Shown piece by piece: positions 1 to 7,947 of a stretch of 60,356 nt of DNA (position 1 is its first letter; every line of letters begins with the position of its first letter). Where the stretch lies: positions 1 to 60,356 of IMG/VR virus record IMGVR_UViG_3300027593_000003. One strand, written 5' to 3'. The stretch comes from a virus (taxonomy: Duplodnaviria > Caudoviricetes). Below the pieces are notes generated by a model. That model was not told the DNA's origin and did not search any database. It saw only the letters and a list, made by a program, of their open reading frames with translations. The position numbers were made by a program, and so were the translations under genes.

Positions 1-42
1 TAGGGTAAGAACCCATATGAGAAAAATGGGAAAGAAGGTTTC

Positions 43-153
43 ATGAAATTCTGTACATATTGCGATAAGCTCTCATATACATCTAAAGTAACCAGAGATG
101 GTAAAACAGTATACTACTGTGATGATCATGCTGATAGAATAGCAGTTGACTAG
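43..153 (+). CDS. 36-aa putative zinc-finger microprotein
   Basis: Hand-translated MKFCTYCDKL...YYCDDHADRIAVD (CxxC...CxxH); ATGA overlap with an upstream partial ORF (2..46); not in ORF track. Confidence 0.65.
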   Translation: MKFCTYCDKLSYTSKVTRDGKTVYYCDDHADRIAVD

Positions 154-158
154 GATTA

Positions 159-167
159 TGGTATAAT
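159..167 (+). promoter_or_regulatory. extended -10 promoter, leaderless
   Basis: TGGTATAAT, 6 nt before ATG 174, no SD. Confidence 0.6.
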
Positions 168-173
168 ACGAAT

Positions 174-305
174 ATGAATAGATGTTCTGCACACACATGC
201 TCATTGCCATCACTTGTATTTAGAAAAGATGATCCATCTATTGGATACTGCATGGCACATGGCATGGAATACGCATACGTTATGAAGTCTAAAGAATCTA
301 AATGA
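174..305 (+). CDS. 43-aa putative zinc-finger microprotein
   Basis: MNRCSAHTC...GYCMAHG (Cx4C...CxxH); ATGA overlap with next ORF. Confidence 0.6.
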   Translation: MNRCSAHTCSLPSLVFRKDDPSIGYCMAHGMEYAYVMKSKESK

Positions 306-379
306 ATTGGATTCAAGCAACAGTAATATTTGGACCTATATTGGTTCTATTAATAGCATTTTGGGATGATATCAAATGA
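302..379 (+). CDS. 25-aa membrane microprotein
   Basis: MNWIQATVIFGPILVLLIAFWDDIK; ATGA overlaps at both ends. Confidence 0.55.
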   Translation: MNWIQATVIFGPILVLLIAFWDDIK

Positions 380-522
380 AGAAGATCTATGCTTTAATTG
401 CTCTAACTGCGACAGCAGTCTTTTCAGGTCTTGCTATGTCTAAATTTTTAAATTGGGCGGGTAAGCAAGAAGATATCTTTGATTTTGACCTAGATGAAGA
501 TATAGACAGTGAAGACTTCTAA
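376..522 (+). CDS. 48-aa membrane-anchored protein with acidic tail
   Basis: MKKIYALIALTATAVFSGLAM...DFDLDEDIDSEDF; ATGA overlap. Confidence 0.6.
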   Translation: MKKIYALIALTATAVFSGLAMSKFLNWAGKQEDIFDFDLDEDIDSEDF

Positions 523-592
523 TCTATATAGGTCAATACAATGGATTGCTTGGCTTCTTATGGGTATGTATATTATATCCTGGCTATTGTAG
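509..592 (+). CDS. 27-aa hydrophobic microprotein
   Basis: GTG start, KTSNLYRSIQWIAWLLMGMYIISWLL. Confidence 0.4.
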   Translation: MKTSNLYRSIQWIAWLLMGMYIISWLL

Positions 593-801
593 AAAATTGC
601 TAGCTTTTTTTCTCCCGCCCTTTTAAGGGTCTAAGTATCAGAGATACCAAATATGACCCGTTAGGGCTTTAGAACCCTCGTAGAGGGCTTATATGGGATA
701 TTCTAGAAAATGTTGCAAAGTAATATATGGGTCTTCTATCGCCGAAGCACTTTTTTCGCACTTTTTACACTAATTGCACTATATGTCTGATTTGTACGGT
801 A

Positions 802-1443
802 TTAACCAACTACCCAATCGCCATGCTTATAGATCCAGTCAACAAAAGAATACTTAACGCCAGAAAGAACTTCATCCGATAGATACGCTTGTCCTTGATC
901 AATTGGGAAACAATACAAAGTGTTTGGCTTAAGTTCTATCTTAGATCCATCAGACAAAAGTTTTATATTTCCGCCAGTCCATTCGCCTAAATAATAAAGC
1001 GCTATGTAGTCTGCTGACTTCCATGTATCCTTACCGCCCCACATTCTGCTTACATCGTCACCAGGTCTTGTTCTATTAATTGTGTTATGTTCGTTTGTCC
1101 AATATTCATTAATTATTGCTTCAACTATTGCAGCGTTTAATGTTTGGATAGTAAGTGGTTTTGAAATTCTTGCGTATAGTTCTGAAGTTTCAGGTATACC
1201 GTGACCAATCCAAGATTCTTCATCAAGAGATTCACATTGAAATAAAATGTATGTGTAGTCTTGAGGATTTAACAGATCGTCGTACTTGAGAATACCGTTT
1301 CCAATGTCAACAAAGCCTGGCTTCTGGTGCAAATAAACTTGTTCAATAGGAACATCGTTTTTAATTTCAAATTGTTGAATAGTTTCTAGTTCTGAAGAAT
1401 CGTTTTGTTCTTCAATAATATTTTCCCAAATAATCTCAGCCAT
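802..1443 (-). CDS. degenerate 2OG-Fe(II) oxygenase-fold protein
   Basis: YYLGEWTGG...KPNTLYCFP...VLSGVKYSFV follows the P4H-like pattern, but HxD and distal His are absent. Confidence 0.65.
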   Translation of the reverse strand: MAEIIWENIIEEQNDSSELETIQQFEIKNDVPIEQVYLHQKPGFVDIGNGILKYDDLLNPQDYTYILFQCESLDEESWIGHGIPETSELYARISKPLTIQTLNAAIVEAIINEYWTNEHNTINRTRPGDDVSRMWGGKDTWKSADYIALYYLGEWTGGNIKLLSDGSKIELKPNTLYCFPIDQGQAYLSDEVLSGVKYSFVDWIYKHGDWVVG

Positions 1444-1444
1444 T

Positions 1445-2002
1445 TTATTTCTTTTCTGTTAAAAAAGTAGAATAAGCATATCTTATTCCGCTAGTAACTT
1501 CTGCTACGCCGTGTCTAATTAAAGCACCGTGTATTAGTAAATCTCCAGACTTAGGCTTTATTTTTAAACCAAGTGATGGGTAATACAATTCTCCGCCTTC
1601 AAAGTTATCTGTAAAGTATGCAACTGCCCCATATTTTGTTATTGCACATGTATTAAAGTCATCGTTTGAAGTTGCTTCACCATCTTCACCACAGGTATCT
1701 TCATGCTCGTGCATACTATCTCCAGGAAACATTCTGTGAAAAGAGGAATTTCTTGTAGCTACATATCCTGGATCTACTAGATCAGATACTCTTTCGTTAA
1801 CCTCAAGCAATTCTGGTATAGCTTTACTGACCTTGCCGTTATACCAATCTAGCGGACTATTTGCTTCGTTCCACTCAGGCTCTGTTAAGCTGTTTGCAAT
1901 ATTCTCTAATGAGATACACTCTTCTTTACTTAAAAAATTTTCGTATACCCAAATTTCGTCGTATATTTTTTTAACGTTTGGGTTGTTGTCAAAATTAAGC
2001 AT
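1445..2002 (-). CDS. 2OG-Fe(II) oxygenase (prolyl 4-hydroxylase-like)
   Basis: HED...YFTDNFEGGELYYP...KPKSGDL...HGVAEVTSGIRY. Confidence 0.9.
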   Translation of the reverse strand: MLNFDNNPNVKKIYDEIWVYENFLSKEECISLENIANSLTEPEWNEANSPLDWYNGKVSKAIPELLEVNERVSDLVDPGYVATRNSSFHRMFPGDSMHEHEDTCGEDGEATSNDDFNTCAITKYGAVAYFTDNFEGGELYYPSLGLKIKPKSGDLLIHGALIRHGVAEVTSGIRYAYSTFLTEKK

Positions 2003-2156
2003 CTTTTTTCTTTCTCCAAAAAAATATCTTAGATAGAATTTTTTCTACCCGAAGTTCTATTCTAGTTTCCATTTTGCCCGCAGGAGTTTCTTCCTTATAA
2101 TACTTTGTTCCAAAGTAAGGATTCTTCATTTGTTTAGAAAACTCATGAGGGGTCAT
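1995..2156 (-). CDS. hypothetical protein (53 aa)
   Basis: Start moved to MTPHEF at 2156, 6 nt downstream of minus-strand TATAAT (2163-2168); overlaps next gene. Confidence 0.6.
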   Translation of the reverse strand: MTPHEFSKQMKNPYFGTKYYKEETPAGKMETRIELRVEKILSKIFFWRKKKDA

Positions 2157-2179
2157 ACTTCTATTATACACCCCAAAAA

Positions 2180-2266
2180 ACAAAAAACCCAATCAGAGGC
2201 GGATCCGATTGGGCTTTGCTGCCATTTAAGGCAATTATAGGGAACAATAAATTGCTCGACCTATAA
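2180..2266 (-). ncRNA. candidate small structured RNA
   Basis: Lies between a TTGACT-17-TACAAT promoter and an intrinsic terminator; three hairpins with G-U pairs only on the minus strand; no ORF. Confidence 0.45.
2182..2217 (-). terminator. intrinsic terminator
   Basis: Minus strand GCCCAATCGGA-TCCGCC-TCTGATTGGGT followed by a T run. Confidence 0.75.
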
Positions 2267-2270
2267 TATT

Positions 2271-2299
2271 ATTGTATTGTATACAATATTTTAAGTCAA
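2271..2299 (-). promoter_or_regulatory. sigma70-type promoter with overlapping palindrome
   Basis: TTGACT-17 bp-TACAAT; perfect palindrome TATTGTATACAATA at 2275-2288. Confidence 0.6.
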
Positions 2300-2301
2300 G
2301 A

Positions 2302-2496
2302 CTAATCTACAGAAATCATTCCTCTTGCAATTAGTGCATCAACAATTCCGCTACACATCTGATTATATCCAGGCTGTGCTTGCAATAAAGCTTTTTCTAG
2401 TTCTACCAGGTCTCCCTGTGCTTGTACGGTTGCCTGTCTTGATTGAATATTAATCTGTTCAACCATTGTGTCTACTACTGCTTCTTTAGTCGCCAT
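2302..2496 (-). CDS. hypothetical protein
   Basis: 64-aa ORF with purine-rich SD, in overlapping minus-strand run. Confidence 0.7.
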   Translation of the reverse strand: MATKEAVVDTMVEQINIQSRQATVQAQGDLVELEKALLQAQPGYNQMCSGIVDALIARGMISVD

Positions 2497-2698
2497 TTTC
2501 TTCCTTTTCTTCTATTGAGTATGATGGACTAGGACCCAAAAGGAATCCTTCTTTATGATATTGTACCATTTTCCCTACTTCTTCTCCACCTACCGAGCCC
2601 TTTGCTATTAAGGTCAGCATATCGTAAATACGGTGAAGCATTATATAATTTACCATAGGCAAATTGTCTTCTAGCGCTTGTGGATCTTTTTCTTCCAT
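2486..2698 (-). CDS. hypothetical protein
   Basis: Start MEEKDP at 2698 by TAATG overlap and GGGAGG SD. Confidence 0.7.
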   Translation of the reverse strand: MEEKDPQALEDNLPMVNYIMLHRIYDMLTLIAKGSVGGEEVGKMVQYHKEGFLLGPSPSYSIEEKEENGD

Positions 2699-2901
2699 TA
2701 TGGCCTCCCCATATCGTTCCAAAATATTTCCCTACCCATAGCGTCTTTGTCTAATATGGCATTTCCTTCAAATTCATATGAGGAAAAGGTCTCTTCTTTC
2801 GCCGCACTGAAATTTGCACTATTTTGCGGAATCACTTTAACGTGAAAAAAATTCTCTTCTTGTTCACAGGTGCATTGCCCATTTTTACATTCATCCAACA
2901 T
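2698..2901 (-). CDS. hypothetical protein
   Basis: 67-aa ORF overlapping both neighbours. Confidence 0.6.
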   Translation of the reverse strand: MLDECKNGQCTCEQEENFFHVKVIPQNSANFSAAKEETFSSYEFEGNAILDKDAMGREIFWNDMGRP

Positions 2902-3100
2902 TTTCCACTGCCCTTACGATATCATCGTAGTCTTTAGACCCAAGTATTTTTTTATATTCACAGGATAAGCAATAAATAAATACCCTGTCTTCGCCGTCCT
3001 GATTAGGTAAAAGAGAGCCCTGATCCATTGGGCATAAAAGCTCTGGAACAAGGCCCTCTTTTGATAAAGAGAGATACTTCGATACATACTGTATCTTCAT
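2891..3100 (-). CDS. zinc-ribbon protein
   Basis: CPMD...CLSC. Confidence 0.7.
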   Translation of the reverse strand: MKIQYVSKYLSLSKEGLVPELLCPMDQGSLLPNQDGEDRVFIYCLSCEYKKILGSKDYDDIVRAVENVG

Positions 3101-3105
3101 TTATC

Positions 3106-3657
3106 CTACTTCTTTTCAGTTGTTGGGAATCGCAATAGCCATTCCTGCGCTTTAGGGGTCATACCCTTCCAGCTTGACCAATCTAAACCGCCGTTGGTCA
3201 TATAATACGTTATCTCTGCGTTTGTTACTGGGTCGAATAACTCTTTGTTACTCTTTAGGTCGAACTTCTCAAGTCTTTCAGGACCAAGATTTCCGATCAT
3301 GTTTATCTGGAATACTCCGTAAGAACTATCTCCAGTTTTCTTATCCCCGTTATATGCAAGCGGTCTTCCGTTAGATTCACGCTTTGCTATGGACCAAGCT
3401 TTCTTAAGGCCTACTCCTTCGAATCCTACAGTCTTGAGTAGTAATACTAGCTCTTCGTCTGTAAGCATCTCAGATGGCTTGTAAATTTCTTTACTGAACT
3501 TATCTAAGACTTCTTGCTTTAGTTGGGCTTCAGTTTTCACTAAAGGTTTTACTACTAAGGCTTGTGTAGGCTGGACTGGAAACATAAATAATGTTATCAT
3601 TACTATTGTAACCAGATTATGAGCCAAATCACTAACCTGTTGTTTTATTTTCTCCAT
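3106..3657 (-). CDS. lysozyme-like/SLT transglycosylase with N-terminal hydrophobic segment
   Basis: AKRESNG (catalytic Glu), GDSSYGVFQIN, W..W; GAGGAGG SD supports start at MEKIK. Confidence 0.85.
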   Translation of the reverse strand: MEKIKQQVSDLAHNLVTIVMITLFMFPVQPTQALVVKPLVKTEAQLKQEVLDKFSKEIYKPSEMLTDEELVLLLKTVGFEGVGLKKAWSIAKRESNGRPLAYNGDKKTGDSSYGVFQINMIGNLGPERLEKFDLKSNKELFDPVTNAEITYYMTNGGLDWSSWKGMTPKAQEWLLRFPTTEKK

Positions 3658-3690
3658 TGGCATTTCCTCCTCTAGAGATAACGAACTACA

Positions 3691-3720
3691 ATCATAACAT
3701 TGATAGGATAAACCTGTCAA
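3691..3720 (-). promoter_or_regulatory. sigma70-type promoter for left minus-strand operon
   Basis: TTGACA-18 bp-TATGAT with extended TG. Confidence 0.6.
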
Positions 3721-3742
3721 GCCAGTCAACTAGAAAGAAAAC

Positions 3743-4744
3743 ATGAATATATCTTATTATACTATTCAAGCGGGACTAAATCCTGCTGTTGGCTTTGGCT
3801 ATGCAGGAAAAAACATTGTTAAATCATTAAACAATTTAGGTCATTCTGTATCTTTTGCTAATCCCAAATCTACTATTCAATTAAACTTTACTCAGCCACA
3901 TCATTATAAGTTGCATAGAAATCAATATCAAATTGGATACACCCCGTGGGAGTCAACAGCTATGAGACCAGACTGGGTTGAAAGATTTAATGCGTGTGAT
4001 GAAGTTTGGGCACCATCTAATTGGTGTGCACAAGTATTTAAAGATAACGGAGTTACAAAACCAATATATATTTATCCACACGGTATAGAAGATATTTGGA
4101 AACCAAAGCGTAGAGTTATTAGAGAAGGACAACCACTTAAATTTTTACACATAGGAGAACCATCTCCAAGAAAAGACGGACAAATAGCAGTAGATACTTT
4201 TATTAAACTGTTTGGCGGAAACCCAAATTACCATTTAACAATTAAAGCTCATAAGTTTAATACTGTTAGAGTCTACGATCAATATAATAATTTTGTGAGT
4301 CCAGAAAAGGCATACGGTAACATAACTTTAATTACAGATGAGTTAGAAGAAGCAGATCTTGTTGCGTTGTATCACAGTCATCATGTTTTGTTATATCCTA
4401 CCTGGGGAGAAGGTTTTGGTTTTATTCCGCTCCAAGGTTTAGCAACTGGCATGCCAGTTATATCAACATATGATTGGTCTCACTATGTGGACTACATGGG
4501 ACCACTTAAATTAAAATCTAAACTTACAGATGAGACTTTACCTAAATCAGTTGGCGATGAATACATTGGTAAGATGTTTAAACCTGATGCAAAACATTTA
4601 GAAGAGTTGATGCGTGAAATAACTATGGATTACAATGCATACTCTGGTTATTATTTTGCTCAGTCAACTAAGATACACAAAGATTATAATTGGGATCAGT
4701 TGACCAAGAAAGCCTTTGAACATTTAGTAGAAAAATTTTCTTAG
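3743..4744 (+). CDS. GT-B glycosyltransferase (GT4-like)
   Basis: YTPWE, PHGI, RKDG, EGFGFIPLQGLATGMPVI. Confidence 0.9.
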   Translation: MNISYYTIQAGLNPAVGFGYAGKNIVKSLNNLGHSVSFANPKSTIQLNFTQPHHYKLHRNQYQIGYTPWESTAMRPDWVERFNACDEVWAPSNWCAQVFKDNGVTKPIYIYPHGIEDIWKPKRRVIREGQPLKFLHIGEPSPRKDGQIAVDTFIKLFGGNPNYHLTIKAHKFNTVRVYDQYNNFVSPEKAYGNITLITDELEEADLVALYHSHHVLLYPTWGEGFGFIPLQGLATGMPVISTYDWSHYVDYMGPLKLKSKLTDETLPKSVGDEYIGKMFKPDAKHLEELMREITMDYNAYSGYYFAQSTKIHKDYNWDQLTKKAFEHLVEKFS

Positions 4745-4767
4745 GGCTTCCCCTTTTAATTGATCTT

Positions 4768-4776
4768 TGGTAGAAT
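4768..4776 (+). promoter_or_regulatory. extended -10 promoter for nrdJ
   Basis: TGGTAGAAT in intergenic region. Confidence 0.5.
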
Positions 4777-4832
4777 AGGATCTTCACACTAAATTTAAAT
4801 TAACCGCTAGGCGGAGAAAAAGGTATTATAAA

Positions 4833-6767
4833 ATGTCTAAGACTATTGCAAACCCATACGAAAATTTCATTGCGTTATCCAGATATGCAAGATGGATATC
4901 AGAAGATAATCGCCGTGAGACATGGGGTGAGACAGTAGATAGATATTTTAGTTTTATGCTAAATCATTTAAAAGAAAATTATAATTACATTCCAAATGAA
5001 AAGCTTGTTGCGGAATTAAAAAATGGTGTATTTGAACGAAATGTTATGCCGTCTATGCGTTCCGTGATGACTTCAGGAGTAGCACTAGAAAGAGATAATG
5101 TTGCAGGATATAACTGTGCTTTTCTTCCCGTTGATTCACCACGTTCATTTGACGAAACAATGTATATCCTTATGTGCGGTACAGGAGTAGGGTTTTCTGT
5201 TGAGTATAAGTATATTAATAAACTTCCTGCCGTCCCAGAATCATTAGAAAAGTCGACTACAGTAATTACAGTAGAAGACTCCAAGCAAGGTTGGGCTAAA
5301 GCATACCGTGAGTTGCTAGCACTACTATGGTCTGGACAGATTCCAGCAATTGATGTTTCTAAAGTAAGACCAGCAGGTGCAAGACTTAAAACAATGGGCG
5401 GAAGATCATCAGGCCCACAACCACTTGTTAATTTATTTGATTTTACAATTGCAAAATTTAAGAGTGCTACAGGCAGAAATCTTAAGCCAATTGAATGCCA
5501 CGATATTATGTGCAAGATTGGTGAGGTAGTTGTTGTAGGCGGGGTTCGTCGCTCAGCAATGATTTCTCTTTCTAACATTAACGATATTGAGATGGCACAG
5601 GCTAAATCAGGTAACTGGTGGGAAGCCAATACACAACGTGCTTTGTCTAACAACTCTGTTGCGTACTCACGCAAGCCAGACATGGAGCAATTTATTGCAG
5701 AATGGAAATCTCTATATGATTCAAAGTCGGGAGAACGAGGTATATACAATGTGGCCGCAGCTCAAGCCCAAGCAGCCAAGTATGGAAGAAGAGATCCAGA
5801 TATACACTATGGAACTAACCCGTGCTCAGAGATTATCCTACGTCCTTATCAGTTTTGTAACCTTTCAGAAGTCGTACTACGTGAAAGTGATACAAAGAAA
5901 GAAATTGAACGCAAAGTTGAACTTGCAACAATTCTTGGAACGTGGCAGTCAACGCTTACAGACTTTAAATATCTTCGCAAGATCTGGAAAGACAATACAG
6001 AAGAAGAGCGCCTACTAGGTGTTTCTCTAACTGGACAATTCGGACACAAGTTTATGTCAGGTAAAGAAGACCTTGTTTCGCTAGAAGCTTTTTTAATGAC
6101 TCTTAGAGAATTAGCAAGAGCAAAGAATAAAGATGAGGCTGGGAAGATTGGGATTCCTGAGTCTGCTGCTATTACATGTGTAAAGCCATCAGGAACAGTA
6201 TCTCAATTGGTCGGGGTATCTTCAGGAATGCATGCTTGGCATTCTCCATATTACATTCGTACAGTTCGTGGGGCAAAAGGAGATCCTATTTCTACATTTT
6301 TAAAGGAAGTTGGAATTCCAGTAGAAGATGATGTTATGAAACCAAATGACACATACGTATTTTCATTTCCAGTAAAAGCACCAGAAGGTGCAATTGTTAG
6401 AAATGATTTAACGGCTATTGAGCACCTAAATATTTGGTTAGTTTACCAACGTGCCTGGTGCGAACACAAACCTTCAATTACAGTTTCTGTAAAAGAAGAT
6501 GAATGGATGGAAGTTGGTGCTTGGGTATATAAGCATTTTGATGAGGTCTCTGGAATTTCATTCCTGCCGCACTCAGATCACTCATACAAGCAAGCTCCAT
6601 ACCAAGAAGTAACAGAGGAAGAATACAATGCTCTTGTTGCTAAAATGCCCAAAGAAATTCGATGGGAAGATTTATCTTTTTACGAGACAGAAGATGGCAC
6701 TTCTACCAATGCTACGCTTGCCTGCAGCTCAGATGGAAACTGCGAGCTTGTGGATATTTCCGCTTAG
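4833..6767 (+). CDS. nrdJ: class II (adenosylcobalamin-dependent) ribonucleotide reductase
   Basis: YNCAF, GGVRRSA, TNPCSEI, CNLSEV, TCVKPSGT, C-terminal Cys pair; no beta-subunit gene adjacent. Confidence 0.95.
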   Translation: MSKTIANPYENFIALSRYARWISEDNRRETWGETVDRYFSFMLNHLKENYNYIPNEKLVAELKNGVFERNVMPSMRSVMTSGVALERDNVAGYNCAFLPVDSPRSFDETMYILMCGTGVGFSVEYKYINKLPAVPESLEKSTTVITVEDSKQGWAKAYRELLALLWSGQIPAIDVSKVRPAGARLKTMGGRSSGPQPLVNLFDFTIAKFKSATGRNLKPIECHDIMCKIGEVVVVGGVRRSAMISLSNINDIEMAQAKSGNWWEANTQRALSNNSVAYSRKPDMEQFIAEWKSLYDSKSGERGIYNVAAAQAQAAKYGRRDPDIHYGTNPCSEIILRPYQFCNLSEVVLRESDTKKEIERKVELATILGTWQSTLTDFKYLRKIWKDNTEEERLLGVSLTGQFGHKFMSGKEDLVSLEAFLMTLRELARAKNKDEAGKIGIPESAAITCVKPSGTVSQLVGVSSGMHAWHSPYYIRTVRGAKGDPISTFLKEVGIPVEDDVMKPNDTYVFSFPVKAPEGAIVRNDLTAIEHLNIWLVYQRAWCEHKPSITVSVKEDEWMEVGAWVYKHFDEVSGISFLPHSDHSYKQAPYQEVTEEEYNALVAKMPKEIRWEDLSFYETEDGTSTNATLACSSDGNCELVDISA

Positions 6768-6776
6768 TGGTAGAAT
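6748..6776 (+). promoter_or_regulatory. promoter for holin
   Basis: TTGTGG-17 bp-TAGAAT with extended TG. Confidence 0.5.
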
Positions 6777-6833
6777 TATAGTATTGGGTAAAACCAAAAT
6801 TCTGGGCACCCCGCCCAAAATGGAGATGATAAA

Positions 6834-7076
6834 ATGGCTATCAAAAAATTTGATAAAGCTGATTTAAATAAAGATGGGAAAGTAACTATGCAAGAACAAA
6901 TCTTAGCAGCACTAGGAACTTACGGAAGAGCATTTTTGGCAGCAGCCACGGCTCTATATATGACTGGAAATACTAATCCAAAAGATTTAATTGCGGCTGG
7001 CGTAGCAGCAGTTGCTCCAGTAATCCTAAAGGCATTAAGCCCAAGCAACAAAGAATTTGGATTTACAAGCAAGTAA
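6834..7076 (+). CDS. putative holin with N-terminal EF-hand loop
   Basis: Two Ala-rich hydrophobic segments (YGRAFLAAATALY; LIAAGVAAVAPVIL); DLNKDGKVTMQE loop. Confidence 0.65.
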   Translation: MAIKKFDKADLNKDGKVTMQEQILAALGTYGRAFLAAATALYMTGNTNPKDLIAAGVAAVAPVILKALSPSNKEFGFTSK

Positions 7077-7091
7077 TTTAATTATTACTGT

Positions 7092-7133
7092 TAGGATAGC
7101 TCCTGTGCTAAAATAAGCATAGGAGTTTTCCTA
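7092..7133 (+). terminator. long hairpin, possible terminator, containing TGCTAAAAT -10-like element
   Basis: TAGGA-TAG-CTCCTGTGCT / AGCATAGGAG-TTT-TCCTA. Confidence 0.5.
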
Positions 7134-7150
7134 TTTAGGAGTACTATAAA

Positions 7151-7498
7151 ATGGCAGGGCAAAAGAATTTCGAAGTGGATCAAAATGCCACATTTTCATT
7201 TATTGTTGAGTATAAAGACAATAGTGGACTACCTGTTGACCTAACAGGCTCAACAGCTAAGATGCAGGTAAGAGATACAAAAGGCGGAACTAAATTAGCT
7301 TTTAGTTTAACATCACCCGCAGGCGGAATTACAATAACCCCCCTACTTGGCAAACTAACTATTAAAATGACTCCCACACAAACTAATAAATTGTTCTATC
7401 CAAAATCATCTTATGACATTATGTTAACCGACTCCAATGCAAACAAGATTAAATTGATAGAAGGATTTATAACACTTAGTAGATCGGTGACAATATAA
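7151..7498 (+). CDS. virion structural protein (Ig-like/BppU-like)
   Basis: DQNATF...PVDLTGSTAKMQVR...YDI pattern; first gene of fibre region. Confidence 0.65.
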   Translation: MAGQKNFEVDQNATFSFIVEYKDNSGLPVDLTGSTAKMQVRDTKGGTKLAFSLTSPAGGITITPLLGKLTIKMTPTQTNKLFYPKSSYDIMLTDSNANKIKLIEGFITLSRSVTI

Positions 7499-7935
7499 TG
7501 GTAGAAACAATTATAGTAACGGTTCCAAATAATGAAGTTATAGTTTCTTCCCCAGGCCCACAAGGCCCAAGAGGAAAAAGCATACTTAATGGAATAGGTA
7601 GTCCCGCAGAAAATTTTGGCCTTGAAGGAGATTTTTACTACGATAAAAGTACAACAAGGTTTTATGGGCCAAAGCCAACAGACCTAACTTGGGCTGGAGC
7701 AACTAATTACCTTCTAAACATGACTTTAGAGTATTCCTGGGAACTTACACAAGTAACTGGGCCAGTATCTGGAGTGTATTCTGTAGAGATTAATCATAAC
7801 CTAGGAATGAAACCCAATGTTACGATAAAATCAAGCGCAGGCGACGTTTTAGAAACAGGAATAGATTATAATAGTAGTAACAAAATAACACTGACAATGG
7901 CTCAACCATTCTCAGGGACAGCGTACCTGTCTTAA
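7498..7935 (+). CDS. fibre-associated structural protein with short collagen-like motif
   Basis: PGPQGPRG, GDFYYD, HNLG; TAATG overlap. Confidence 0.65.
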   Translation: MVETIIVTVPNNEVIVSSPGPQGPRGKSILNGIGSPAENFGLEGDFYYDKSTTRFYGPKPTDLTWAGATNYLLNMTLEYSWELTQVTGPVSGVYSVEINHNLGMKPNVTIKSSAGDVLETGIDYNSSNKITLTMAQPFSGTAYLS

Positions 7936-7947
7936 GGGAGTTAGCAA

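Noticed and set aside
83-316. 77-aa minus-strand ORF
   Set aside because: Plus-strand coupled micro-ORFs with a promoter explain the region better
4785-4802. NrdR box or cobalamin riboswitch upstream of nrdJ
   Set aside because: ACACTAAATTTAAATT lacks the conserved right-half G; leader is too short for a riboswitch
4985-5749. Long antisense ORF in nrdJ (and similar ones at 8307-8957 and 33804-34418)
   Set aside because: Fully overlap well-supported genes; expected from codon bias
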